This document shows positions 40,372 through 53,450 of a DNA stretch of 64,000 nt, one piece after another. The DNA is taken from NCBI RefSeq assembly GCF_033153115.1, contig NW_026889783.1:3658001-3722000 (forward strand), read 5' to 3'. Position numbers and translations under genes: made by a program. The DNA comes from Saccostrea echinata. Lineage: Eukaryota. Every line of letters starts with the position of its first letter. Positions within the stretch are counted from its first letter, which is position 1. Under the pieces are notes generated by a model, which searched no databases, was not told the origin of the DNA, and saw only the letters and a program-made list of their open reading frames with translations.

Positions 40372-42082
40372 TTGTATGTATTTGGATTCTTGTTGTAAGT
40401 TTATACTACATTAATGTAAATAATTTGTTGTTAAGTTTAAACTGTGTGATTAATTTTTGCTGGCATTTCGGGTTATTAAATTCTGTCCCATAAAAGCTTA
40501 AGATATTGAGTTGATTTTTGGTATGTGAGTGAATCTTGATGCATTACAGATCAAGTATGCATTTCAATCCGCTTTGATGACTTTTGGTGGAAATATGGCC
40601 TTTTTGATTTCTGCACGTCGTGTGATTTTTTACGGAGTTGCGACTTTTTAAATTTTTTTAGGGGAACTAGATTACACATGCCGGTGGAGGACCAGTATTA
40701 CTAATGCAATGCTCTTAGAATGCTTGTTTTTGGTCTTTTTTCTCTCTATCTAGTTCTTCCATTTTTTTTTGTTCTGCTGATGTATATTTGTTTATGCACT
40801 TATCAACATTTGCCAATCCCTTCAATTAATTATTGCTTCTAAACACTTGTAACTCTTGATCCTCTTGAAGAGAACTTATGTTAGGCAAAGCCTGATGTCC
40901 AAGCAATTTATATGTTATCATTCTTACATGATAAAATATTGATTAAATTAAATTTTTATTATATCAAAATGTACGCTTTTTTTGTATTTCAAGGTATTCT
41001 CCTAAAAAAATAATGAACACACACGTGTGAATAATATTTAAACTTTGGTTCGTTTACATGCTCATTCATACATATCAACTGAACTCATTATGATGAAAGT
41101 AAATTAAGCTTCGTAGTACGTTATTACATATAATTGACTTTCAAAATGAATATAGATATGACATTAATTAAATTTGTTATTTAGGTTAATCACGATCAAT
41201 TTAAAATACAGTTTACGAAGCTTAACTAGGGTTTTTCGCAAGTAGGATTAATGAACGAACCCTTTGCTAACTATAGTAACCAGACTCTATAGTTTTGCAT
41301 ATAAATGCACAAAATAGATTTTATTGTCATTTTATGTTTTTTTAAAAAGTAAAACAGTTAAATAGTGTTTATCGATTCTCGTGAATTTGGAATCTTGTAA
41401 AGCTGTAAACCATATTTTAGAGTAGTAACTATGATTCACAAACGTTAACTGCAGTTTAGAGTTGATAACCATAGTAAAACTGTATTTCACAGATTAAACC
41501 ATGTTCCGCTCTTGTAAATTATATAGTTTTCACTGTTAGGCATATTTTACACAAGTTTGTGAAACAGGAATTTAGTCGAAAACTATTTGGAGCAATGTTT
41601 CAGCCCCTTAAAGTATAGTTTACGATTAATAAATCTAGTTTTCCATACGAAAATCTGGATCTCGCTGTGGCGTGACAAATACTACTCATATATATTTGAC
41701 ATTTTTAATATCATTTTAAACAGCAGTTGGAATTTGGTCACTATCTCTGATAGCCCGACTCAGCGAGAAATAAATTAGTCTACAAATCTTACTAGGTTTC
41801 CAGTTTTCATTTCGAACAGTTCACCCTGTACATCTACAAGTATCTCCCGGACGACAATTTTAAAATATTGGTAAAAATCCAAATTGTTACATGTAACTCA
41901 TTCTGTCTACTGTAAAATCATTTAAAGTTTCAATATTAAAATTATCAGTTTCCTGGTCTTTGTAAGACATGAATCGAGCCAACAGAGGAATCTAAAAATT
42001 ATAAGATATTCTTATCAGTTTTAATTTTTTTTAATAACATGAACAAACTTACTTTACACAGATTTAAAAGAAAATACAGGGT

Positions 42083-44032
42083 TTACTCTAAAATTACAAG
42101 CGATTCTGTTGTCACTTCGGGAAGTTCTTCATAAATAGATTCTGTTACTTCATCTGTGAAATCTTCGTCGCTATCATCGAAATCATCATCGTCAACATCC
42201 TCAGTTAAGTCGTCGTCTTTATCGTCAGACACATCAGATGTATCGACATCGGGGATATCTTCCTCTGGTGGCATGATCATCGTGAAGGTCGATTCTAGGC
42301 CTTCCTTCTTGATCAGCTCCCGGAGCTTCTCTAGTTGCTCGGTCTGCAGACAGAAACAGGAAGGTCTCTTATGCATCCACTTCTTCATTTTCTTTATTTT
42401 TCTCCATTTCTGACGTTTCTGTCCTCTGTTTCCTTTGCTGGCGTTCCATCGTCGCCTGTGGGTCATTGAATGATTATCCTCGTAACTGTTCTGTACCTCG
42501 TCTGTCTTATCTTCGTCTGAATCATCCGTTGTCATCATACCACGACGTTTCTTCATCCACTTCATTTTCCTTTGGCGCTTCCTATTCCATTTTCTCTGTT
42601 TCTTTGACATCCAATCGTTTTTATATACCGATTCGTCGTCATCGTCCTTGATGTCATCATCAGTCGCCATTATAGGATCTCTGAAAAAAAAAGAAACATT
42701 TCTTTGATAACTTGATTATTTAAACATTTTTAAAGACGTGTTAAACAAATGAATAGACGAAAATCAAACAGAAAATACATTAAATGATTTTTAAAATCTT
42801 ACAAAGTACTTTAGCCCAAATTTTTCATTAAATCTGATAGATCTTTAATCGGAGTGTAAAGGGTATAAAAATGTATGATTATTGTTTCAGAGTATTGGTC
42901 ATTATAAAGGTACTGGATCTTGATTTTTGGACAGAACATTCAGTACAAAATTCGAGTTACTCGTACATGATTTTCGTAGTTTGCACGTTTTACAGTCTTA
43001 TTTTATTTCAGTGGTTGCTATATGTACAAAACAAAAACAAAACAAAACAAAAAAAACAAAAAACAAAAACAAACAAACAAAGACTTTACAAGAAAAATCT
43101 CATTAGATTTGACCCCTATTCGTCGAACACATGCATTGCAGGTTGTTAAAAAATGGTTTCATGATTTTACATATCAGTATTTATAGTCGAATGTTCACTA
43201 TTTACACGTTTCAAACAGAGACGAACTACATAAATGCTGCGACCACGCCACTGTGGTACTTGAAACTTTAATTTAAAATAAATATTTCGATTTTGATCGG
43301 TGACATGACCAAATTTGAATTAGTTTAATTTAGGGGACAACCTTTTGATTCGGGGAGGGAGGGGTGGCATATATTTTGGGGACAGATTATTTATTTTCAT
43401 GACAGTTAAGGACAGATTATTTATTTTCATGGCAGTATAGGACAGATTATTTATTCCAAGATCAAGATGATCAGGGGGGGACAGATTATTCATTTTCTTC
43501 CCTGAAANNNNNNNNNNNNNNNNNNNNNNNNNNNNNNNNNNNNNNNNNNNNNNNNNNNNNNNNNNNNNNNNNNNNNNNNNNNNNNNNNNNNNNNNNNNNN
43601 NNNNNNNNNNNNNNNNNNNNNNNNNNNNNNNNNNNNNNNNNNNNNNNNNNNNNNCACTATATTTTAATGGGGGCGGGGGAGGGATGCAGATTCTTTATTT
43701 TTCTTACCAATTGAGAACAGATTATTTATTTTCATTATTTTCGAGGACAGTTTATTTCCACCATCTGCCCTTATCTATCAAAATACATGCAGAGCAACAG
43801 TGTACATGTATCATTGTATTTTGCCGAAAGAGATCTCAGACCCTCTCACTTTTGACCACCGATAATTTATATTTAGGAACTAGAAACCAAAAATCTGGTA
43901 GACTTACCCGTGCCTTCCAGACTGTAGTGCGGCGAACTTCTGTCTTCGCCATTCTCGTCCCCTACCCCCACGCCGAGCTTCCAGAACACTGACCACGGCC
44001 AGCACCAGCAGGAGAGACAACCAAAGTTTCAT
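42083..44032 (-). CDS. Secreted low-complexity Asp/Glu-rich protein with Lys/Arg/Trp/Met-rich blocks, ~240 aa (candidate shell-matrix protein)
   Basis: Exon 1 43908-44032 (MKLWLSLLLVLAVVSVLEA|RRGGRGREWRR..., donor GG|GTAAGT, phase 2) joins in frame to exon 2 42083-42680 (DPIMATDDDIKDDDD...VILE*). An N gap at 43508-43654 in the intron could hide another exon. Confidence 0.8.
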
Positions 44033-44071
44033 CTTGATTCCTGAGTTCTGCTGTACCGTCTGAATGACTTC

Positions 44072-44079
44072 TATTTATA
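44072..44079 (-). promoter_or_regulatory. Candidate TATA box of the Asp-rich protein gene
   Basis: TATAAATA on the minus strand ~40 bp upstream of the ATG at 44032. Confidence 0.5.
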
Positions 44080-45187
44080 CTAAGACTGATCCGAAACAGT
44101 TTACGCAGTTTTGATCCCCATCACGCGGGGTTGTTTTTAGGAAATTGTTTACATCCTGAGTATTTTGAGTGTTTCCTCCCAGCTGTTCCAGTTTTTGCCC
44201 TCCTCTTTACTGACCATTGTCTGTGAACGCCCTGTTGATGTTTTTGAGCGTGCCTGTTTTGAATTATGATACAGAGAAGCACGGGGGAGTTTTATTGATG
44301 TTGGTGCAGATGACCTTCTGACTATGAGGAATTTTGTTTTTGCTTCTGAGGCTGTTTTTCATATTTCCATTTTGCTAGAATTACAAAGACCTGGTGACTC
44401 ATTGACCAAATGTGTCAAATCAAGCTGCTTACAATCATACCAGTACATTTTATCTTATTGCTAAGAAATACTTTTTGATATGCGAATCTTGGTTTTCATT
44501 GAGGTACAATTACTTTGCTTAAAGGTAAAACACCCCCCCCCCCAAAAAAAAAAACCCTTAAATGAATTGCGAAACTGCAAAAGAAGTATAGAAAAAGACA
44601 TGTATCATGTTGTAAATTTTGAGTTTATTGGGTGGAAGTTGGATGAAAAATTAGTTTTCATGTTGTAAATATTTTGCATTTACCTCCACCCAGTAAATTC
44701 AAAATGAAGATGCAAACATAAGTATTTTAAATCTTTGGATTTTCAGTTTAATTTAATATATGGAATCAATTTTTGTATCTGATTAACTTGCTCATATCAA
44801 ATTCGTAGATTAATATTAAAATCAAATGATCATTTTTTTTGCCCCCCCCCCTCTTTTTTTTTTTGATTGTCTAATTTTTGATTACGTCTGTCTAACTGTT
44901 CGTCTGTTACCTTTACACATTTTCAACTTGTCCAAAACTTAGCACAGGGTATTCTGGGGGTAAAGGGGATTCTAAATTGTTCAGATGAAGGGTCGTCCCT
45001 TTTCAAAGGGGAAATAATTGAGAAAAGGCAAAAAAATTAGGATGGGGTCTTTAAAAATCTTCATAAGAACCACGGAGCCAAAAAAGATTAATCTTATGTG
45101 AAAGCTTCATAAGATAGTGTAGATTCTAAATTGTTTAATTCATAACCCCAACAGTTGGGGATGAAATTCTTTTTAAACTGGAATAGT

Positions 45188-45287
45188 TTATGTATCCTCT
45201 TCACTTCTGGAGGGGCCTAGGGCTGCCACATCTCTCCATCAGTCTCTGTCTTGGACTGCTTATTTAGCCCATCCCCAAGGCATCCGG
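45188..45287 (-). mobile_element. Short 3' fragment of an RTE-type LINE inside a decayed HINE-like element (~44870-45850)
   Basis: Minus-strand translation PWGWAK*AVQDRD*WRDVAALGP resembles the RTE C-terminal W..A.DR..WR motif. Confidence 0.5.
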
Positions 45288-46547
45288 ATTAATCTTAATT
45301 ATGTAATTGGAATATATGGGGAATAAATCTTTAAAAGTCTCTATCTTAAGAACAGCAGGGTCATTTATCTGTATGCAAGCATCCTAAGTAGAGTGCAGAT
45401 TAAAATTCGATCCTTTAAATCATAATCTCAGGGATTAGGTTGGGACCACAATAGGAGATCATCAAATCACACGTGATCACATGGGAGTATGTAGAAAAAA
45501 AGCTGTCTAGGGCAGCATGGTTAGGTTAGTCAAATTGATGTCGTAGCATCCATGTGTTTTATGGATTCAGTTAATTTGGTTATGTCATGACCCCTTGAGG
45601 TTAGGGTAGGAATACAATATTGGGTCAAAATTATTCAATAAAATAAGGAAAATAAATCTTTCATATTACTTTTGATTCATCAATATGTAACAGCATATGA
45701 AATATGATAAAAAATATCCTGAATATTTTCTTTGAAACGGAGCTAAATGCAAAGTGTGACAGACAAACAGAGAGAAAGACAGAAATTGAAGGATGACAGA
45801 TGGACATGTCAAACACTATAAGCCCAGGCCATATTCTTAGCGAGGCTTTTTTTTTAAACAAAACAATTTACATACAAAAGCTAAAAAAGATCTTTGTTCA
45901 ATAAATAAACAATGGATTGACTCAGTACTTTTCCTATTTCTAATTTCATTTTGTTCATCCACATTTTGTCTGCCAAGTTTCATATGCAGCACATGTATCA
46001 CTGAGTACATGTCATTCAGGAAAAGATGACTTTATTGTGAATTTTTAAAATAATTTATCCAGCCTGTTGTAATTCATGTGATTATGTGTACTGTTATTGC
46101 TCTAATTCATGACCAGATTCCTCTTACTGTTTCTTTAAGTGTCTGAGAGGTTGATTGTAAGTACATTCATCCGAGTATCTCAAGTGAAATCACAAGACAC
46201 AGATCTGACACATTTAATGATTCAAGTCCTCATGTGATTAAGATTATAATTCTCTCCAAATATAAAAACAATCCAGATGAAGCACTGTTTCTAAGAACCA
46301 CCTTTAGAAAACAAATCTGTTTTCACCTTGAATTTGAATTTGTAAAAGTTCAGATCAATTATTTTCCTTTCTACATCATTAATTGCAAGAAGTTGAGCAA
46401 AAAATGCAGATCTCTAAACTTTTTTTTTCTGTTGGTAAATCCACACATATATCATCAAAAGAACAGAAGTCCTTTCTTTGGGTTGCTTGTTTTGAAAGTA
46501 TAGCTTGGTATTAGATCAAATTCTTTGAAATTTCTAGTTTTAAAGTC

Positions 46548-49500
46548 TCAACTATTGTCTGTAGATTTTAAACCAATTCCTTCACATTTAATGATAGTAG
46601 AATTCTTTGTCAATTTTTGCACTTCAAATTTTGCCTGTAATAAAAGAAATATATATTTATCATATATTCCCTTGATTTTGTTCCAATGTAAATTAAAAAT
46701 ATATATATTTTTCATTTCTAATAATAGTGTATAAATTTTCAGACTTTTGCACTGTAAGTGCAAATTTTGATTTTCACTGATAAATCATTTAAACATTCCC
46801 CTTCCCCCAAAACCCTACAATATTGCAACAAAATAATAGACTCTTGCCTTTGTCATCAATGACGCCACATGTATGGCGGTTTCAGTGTGCAGGGATAAAG
46901 GGCCACACAGGATTTCTGACTTCCCTTCAGCTACTGCCATCAGGACTATCAGCTAATGTAAAAAAAATCTTAAAATAGATCTCTGCTTAAATTATAATTT
47001 AGGAAATAAAGTTAAATGATTTTAACAAAAGCAAAAATTAGGGATGGCAACAATTAACTGACTAATTAATTGGTAGGAAAGATTGTAATCAGTTACAATA
47101 TTCTCATAACCAGTCAGTTGATATATAGTGCTTGTAGTATACAATTTTTCAAAAATATTTCCATCTTTTTAAATTAAAACTCTTTTGTAGTATGTTTACA
47201 ACTGAAATGCGGCAAATGTTCAAAAATGCTGTCAAAACATGTCCTGGCAATTTCATTTTTGTAACCCTGCATACTAAATCAAAGTTAACGTACCCATACA
47301 AAAAATTCTATCTGCTTTTGTTCCAATTGATGCATTAAATCAACAACTAATTTTCTACTCATCAATGTTTAACTGGGTAATTGTTCTTGTTTATTAAATC
47401 ACTGCAAAACTTTGCTATATTTTCAGTGAAATGTCATCAATATCGACAGATTGGCAATGTTTATAGAGTCTGGGACAGCAGATGGTACAAAAACACACAA
47501 GACCAAGCAATCATAATTCAAAATAAAACAACAATAAAAAACAGAATATGAAGAATTTGTTTCATACAGTACACTAAGTCTAGTTCACTGTGTGTTGTTG
47601 AATAGTAAACTAGTTTATGTCCGTGATCAGGAACCCCCTTTCAGTGGTGACATAATAATAGCGCAAAATTTCCTCTTTTAAAAAAAATTTTATCAGTAAA
47701 GTATCTTTCAATTCTAGGAACATCTATGCCATCACAGTAATTTCTTGAGAATAAGATACGAAGTTGCCAGTTTTTAAAATAAAATTACATTTTTATCTAC
47801 TTGGTTTACTGGTTACTCGGTCTGAAAAATTTACAACCAGTTACAAAAAATCATCCAATTGCCATCCCTAGTAAAAACAAGTTTTTTTTTTCTTATGTTC
47901 AATATTATTTCAGTTTAAATTGCTAAGATGCTAAGGTATTATAAAAATAATATGATTTAAGACAAATATGAATTTCAGTCTGACCTGATCTTGTAGAAAC
48001 TCATCCACACAGCCGCCATTAAACAAGTTGTTAATCAGCATGTCCCCCGCCTCCTGTCCGACCCTCTCAGCAGGCTTACCTATTGAGGATACAAAACACA
48101 GAATCATACACAATTCTTTTTATTCATAAAAAATAATTTGAAATTCATTTAACCTTTTAGTCTTATTTCTACCTTTCTTCCCCAGAGCTGATCCTGCCAG
48201 CAAACAGCCAGTGCTTGTTTCTGCCACAACTCTACAATCGGTCAGTTATGGGTTAGTAATGGGTCAGTAATTACTAAACAGAATTGATATCATACAAAAT
48301 GAAATGTTTTATGAACAAGAGGTTATGGTATTCAAATAAACTTTGTGATGAATGACACTGCCCACTCATTTTTCTACACTTACATAATCCCACACCCGAC
48401 CCCGATTCCCTCAGTTTCTTTATGCACTTCTATCTGGATGGGGACCCCTCGATAGTGTTCTTTGATGACACCTGTAGCACACTCGGCCATAATGTGAGCT
48501 ACCTACAAAAGCACAATAAATATTAAAGATATTGCATCTTAACAAGTGATAAGAGCATATCATGTATGGCAGAAATGAAGGGAGGTAAATCTTCATATAG
48601 AATATTAATATGAACGGGGTAGAGTTGTCTACCAATGCTTGGCTATCTTGAACCTAAGGAGTTTCATGTTATATTTAATAAGAAAACCCAGATCCAATTT
48701 AAAAAACAAAATGTTGTGTACACTGCTGTATAAAAATCAAACACTTGAAAATTCTTACTAAACATTTTACATTTAATATAGTGTATGTTCCTTGGTAACC
48801 TATGGTATTTTAATTTTTTTTTTCTCATGATAAAGTCTTCAATTTTGGCATTATCAGCCAAGAGGAATCAAAAACCTAGACTATAAAAGTCACTAAGTCC
48901 AGATAAAACACACTCCTAAAGGTCCATGTACATGTAATAGTTCTAGAATTTGGATCTGTGAACGAGGAACCTTTTCAGTTCAAAATTTAGACACATTTAT
49001 GTTTTAATGAAATATGCAATTAAAAAGGCAGATTTCTGATGTGAAAACTTAACATGAACAGTGAATGTTGAGGTTTATATTTACTGAATAATTTATTATC
49101 CATACCTTTTTAGGCAGCACCCCTGCCACAAATGATAGGCCAAATATTCTGGTGACCGAGCCCTGTTCTGTCATTGTGATTCCTCGTAGACCAGGACTGG
49201 GGGACACCTTAACATGAACCTCTCCTCCTCCTTTTGGGAAGAAACCCCTACAATTCAAAGAAACATTATCTTTCCTAAAATATCTGTATAAAAGCTTTAA
49301 ATGTTAGAAATGATGGGATATAAATATATGTGTGCCTTTTAATATCATCTCAATTTCATGTGATTTTTAAAGTATAACACATCATTTTGTAGCTGCAGCT
49401 AATCATTTTGATATTTATCAGGTAATTTCTGATAGACAGCTGACGACATGGATGTAAACCTAATTTTATGTTTCTTAGATTTATTTTGAGAAAAACTAAT

Positions 49501-52500
49501 GTCCAGCATTAAAAAATTGACCTACAAATTTTGAAGAAAGATTTGTAGCTCTAGTGATACCAAAAGTTAAAAAAAATTGTGCAACTTTATTATTTTGACT
49601 AACCTTCTCTTAATTTCACCTTCAAAATGGAGTCCAAAACGTGCAGCAATAGGACGAAATACCTGCAATACAAGCAGAATAAAATGCAGCAAATAAACAG
49701 AGTGGTTGTTTCATCTAGGTTCCCTCTCCTTTTTATTTCCATACCTGTAAATATTGAGCCTTAGGAATCCTGAAATTACAGAATGGTGGACAATGATAAA
49801 AATATATGCTCCCTGAACCCCACCACTACTACATACATATTTGTATTGAAGAAAAAAAATTCTGTTAAGTAGAAGTTTAGCTTGTTCAAACCAAGGTCCC
49901 ACACTTAAAGGGATAAAGGCATTTATCAGGTCCACAAAGTTTAAAGTTACAACCAAGGTTAATGTTTTTGTGACAGACAGACAGCTAGAAGATGAATGCG
50001 ATTTAATGTTCCCTGGCTTTTTTGAAAGCAGGGGACAAAAAGCCACCTTAACATGCAATTAATGCCTTATGGTGTAAAATACATGGTTACATAAACAATT
50101 TACTCAGTGTAGGATGTTTACCATTAGAATATAGTCAATTTGTGGAGCCATTTCAGCATTGGTTCCACCAATCAAGGACATATGTACTTCTCCATCACTG
50201 AAGAAACAGCAGGGCACAGCTGCCTGCATCAATAAACATATACTCCTACAAACAGAAAAATATTTCACTTCATTCATAATACGCTGAATTCTTAAATAAA
50301 AACATCATCATGTAAAAAATATATTTATCTAACTTATATTTAATCATTATAAATAATGATATGCTTCCATTACCCAGTGAATCAATGTAAATTTACATAC
50401 ACTTATAAATTGTTTTCTCTTTGTTAAGAACTACGCATGCTAACTCTCGATTCCTTCTTACATTTTACACCCATTTAATTCAATACTAATGGCAATTTGT
50501 CCATAAAATCTTTATTGAATGCAAAGAAGAGTTCAATGGTAATTGATTATTAATTTTAGTACCAGTGTTAAATAGTTAATTACTCTTAATTCCAGCTCTT
50601 TTTATAAGGGGGGTAGACGATTTTTCCCATTGAAATCAGGCTTGAAAGATCAGCATATTTTAAAATATTCTTGGATATGGATAAATGTTCTTCGAATCTT
50701 TCCCTATGTTTCACGCATATAAAATTAAACATATGTAATTAATAAAATACAACGTTTAAGTTGTAAACCCCTTCGAAATTGGTGAAAAAATGAGCATTTT
50801 TATCGTTTTTTGACTGTAAACATATGTCCCCCCCACCCCCCACCCAGCCCCACCCCGTGAAACACAAAAAGCTTTGGTATAAATTTGTGAAATAACAATC
50901 CATATTACCTGTAAAAATGAATTTTTGTTCTACTGGGGGGAAAGACGTTTTAAAAATATTTTCCGGTTTCCATTGATTTCTATAGTGAAAAACACCAAAA
51001 TTATAGAGTTATCTTTCATTGTTTTCCCAAATAAGTAATGTTTTATAAAAATTCATATAAATATCTATAAAGATAAGAAAAATTATTCAAATATGTTAAC
51101 TTTTGAAAATTGACTTGGAGGTAGGCGGGAGAGCAATACTATTATTCACAGTTCTTTAGTATTTGCTTGCTTATTTTCATTGAAAGTTCAAAAATGTATC
51201 ATACATAGAATATGAGATTAAAACTTTTGGGTTATCTAGTGTTTGTTTGCCCACTTCCAACTGGGTTGGTAGGTAGGTAGGTAAATTTTTTTCATAAATT
51301 TTTAACATCAATGCTGAAGTTTCAAAATTCATTGAAATTGAAGGTATTAATAAAATTGAAATAGTTAATGGGATGAGAAAATTCCAGAATAAAAAAAATT
51401 GTTTCCTCAAGGTTTAAAAAAGTTTTGAGTTGAGCCATTTATTGTCAGTTGGACAGTAAAGTGCGAATAGACAATTTTTTAAAGATGGCCATGCCTACCC
51501 AGCAGTTTTGGTGTCAGCTTTATATGCCCCAGCCTTGACCTTCCCAGGTATAAAGGTCACTTCTGTTGACCCCACAGCACCATTTTCCAGCTTTCCTCCA
51601 CATATTTCTGAGACTAGTTGTAGTCCAGTGAGGTGTTGAGCTCTAGAAAAATAAAATCTTTCTCTTTATTGTCATCAATATTATATAACGGTACATGCAT
51701 GTCGTACATGGAAGTTTTTGAAAATTATATATTACTGTCAAATATACATGTACACGTCTTGTCATAAAACATATCCAATCTTAACTGTAACTATCAATCA
51801 ACATTTCTAAGACATTGTACATAGATGACACTCTTCATTTAAGACATCATCACATAATTTATTTTGTTTTCCAAGAGCCAAGAAACCCAGAAAATAATTT
51901 CTTCTGAAATCTTAAAATCTTGCAAAATTCACACAAAATCTTCCTGGCTCACTGTCACATGGGGGCCAGATGCACTGGGTCCCTGCTGATTGACAGTAAT
52001 GCAGAAAGGGGGATATGTAAGATGCACACAATGAAAATGCAGTGCCAATTGAGACATGAAATATTAGCTACAAATGGCTGGATCTAGAGTGACTTTATAG
52101 GGCAATGGATGTGACTGAAATGATACAATAATAATAGCGAGCGCAGCTTGTCACTGCAAGCTCTTAAAGCAATGCCTGGGCGAAGAGAAAATTAGGACTG
52201 TGCACATTGATCAAAATGAATTTCTTTCCACAGTAACCTGTGGTCCTATAATGCTTTGCGAATTGCATTTCGCCGCAAACAACGTTCTTGCGGTAACAAG
52301 AGGTTCCAAGAAAAAATTTACTCAACTTGATTTGATGGATATATAGCAGATAAATAGTAGATTAAACTTTCTTTATTAAAATTAGCACTGTTCAAACTTT
52401 GTTTTGGTAATGCAACTTACAAGCGACGTCATGTGACGTCAGAGTCTAGACGTACTAAATGTCATGTGCGGTTTGAAGAGCCCGATCTAAATAAAACTGA

Positions 52501-53213
52501 ATATAGGTATCTGCGCTTGCCCTAACGGTCGCACTGTCAACATATTACAGACAAATTCCAGACATTTAGTAGAAATTTGTAGACAAGAGGGTAAAGTAGT
52601 ATCTACATTTAAACATGGACCTCACATAAAATAAACTAAAGCAGTCTGCTAAGCAGGTGCTCTGTCAATGTATCTCCCAAAATTCCTTTAGTACCTGAGT
52701 CCAGGTTTATCTCTTCCTGCCCTTATTTTCTGAACACGAATGGGCTGATTGAGTAAACAGCTCAATGTTGCAGCATTCCTTAAAATTTGTCCACCCTAAA
52801 AAAAATTGAGTGTCATTTGTGAATTCTTAAATGTAATAGCTACACACATAAATGCATTTATAATGATTCGTTAATATAAAAAAAAAATCATTCCATTTTA
52901 CATAAAATGTTAATTTTTTGCTATTGTAGTACCAGGAATATTGAACAGTTTTATTAGCAATTATAATTAGTTTTTCTCGTAGTTTTATTAGCATAATTAG
53001 GTATATTTTACCGGAAGCTTACCAATTTCAATGTTTATTTTAATACATATACTCATTGCTAGACCTAACAAACAAATAAGATTTTCTACATGTTGGACAA
53101 TGCCACTACGATAAGAAATCAGTTCTCAATGTATTAAAATGGAGCGCGACTCTTACCCCCTCTAGTACACTGCCATCAATATCTAAAAATTCATGCCGAA
53201 CACTCGATGCCAT
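46548..53213 (-). CDS. RTCA: RNA 3'-terminal phosphate cyclase, ~363 aa
   Basis: 11 exons: 53157-53213, 52695-52795, 51499-51642, 50122-50245, 49604-49662, 49106-49247, 48384-48502, 48173-48231, 47985-48079, 46848-46952 (GC donor), 46548-46634. Motifs [80 protein letters not shown] and the catalytic His in SLHTETAI, which separates RTCA from RCL1. Confidence 0.97.
47039..47870. mobile_element. hAT-like MITE in an RTCA intron
   Basis: TIRs TAGGGATGGCAA / TTGCCATCCCTA with an imperfect 8-bp TSD GCAAAAAT / GTAAAAAC. Confidence 0.75.
50560..51157. repeat. Inverted copy of the 34646-35250 repeat
   Basis: Ends ...GACTTGGAGGTAGGCGGGAGAGCAATACTATTATTCACAGTTCTTT. Confidence 0.8.
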
Positions 53214-53450
53214 CCTGGGGAATTGTGATTTACATGTGTATGTATATTGCACAACACTGACAAATCGAAAGTGAAAATAACGCATCAGGTCCCATTGCAA
53301 ATCGTCGGGATCGAGATACACGATTCTATTTTCGTTTTCATTATTTACACAACTTTGCTGCGTTTGCAACATCAAATCATATTGATATTCCAATGAAAAA
53401 AGCAATATTGCAGTCTTAGTTTATTTAGATGTCAAGGAAACGAAAGGAAT
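53214..53450. promoter_or_regulatory. Compact bidirectional promoter and 5' UTRs shared by RTCA and the RlaP-like gene
   Basis: Only 237 bp separate the divergent ATGs (53213-, 53451+). The interval is CpG-containing and repeat-free relative to the introns. Confidence 0.7.

Noticed and set aside
42156-42413. Ser-rich + strand ORF
   Set aside because: Antisense shadow of the Asp codons of the Asp-rich gene.
46548-53213. RCL1 rather than RTCA
   Set aside because: The catalytic His (LHTETAI) and the EGGGQILR and AQHL motifs are RTCA-type.
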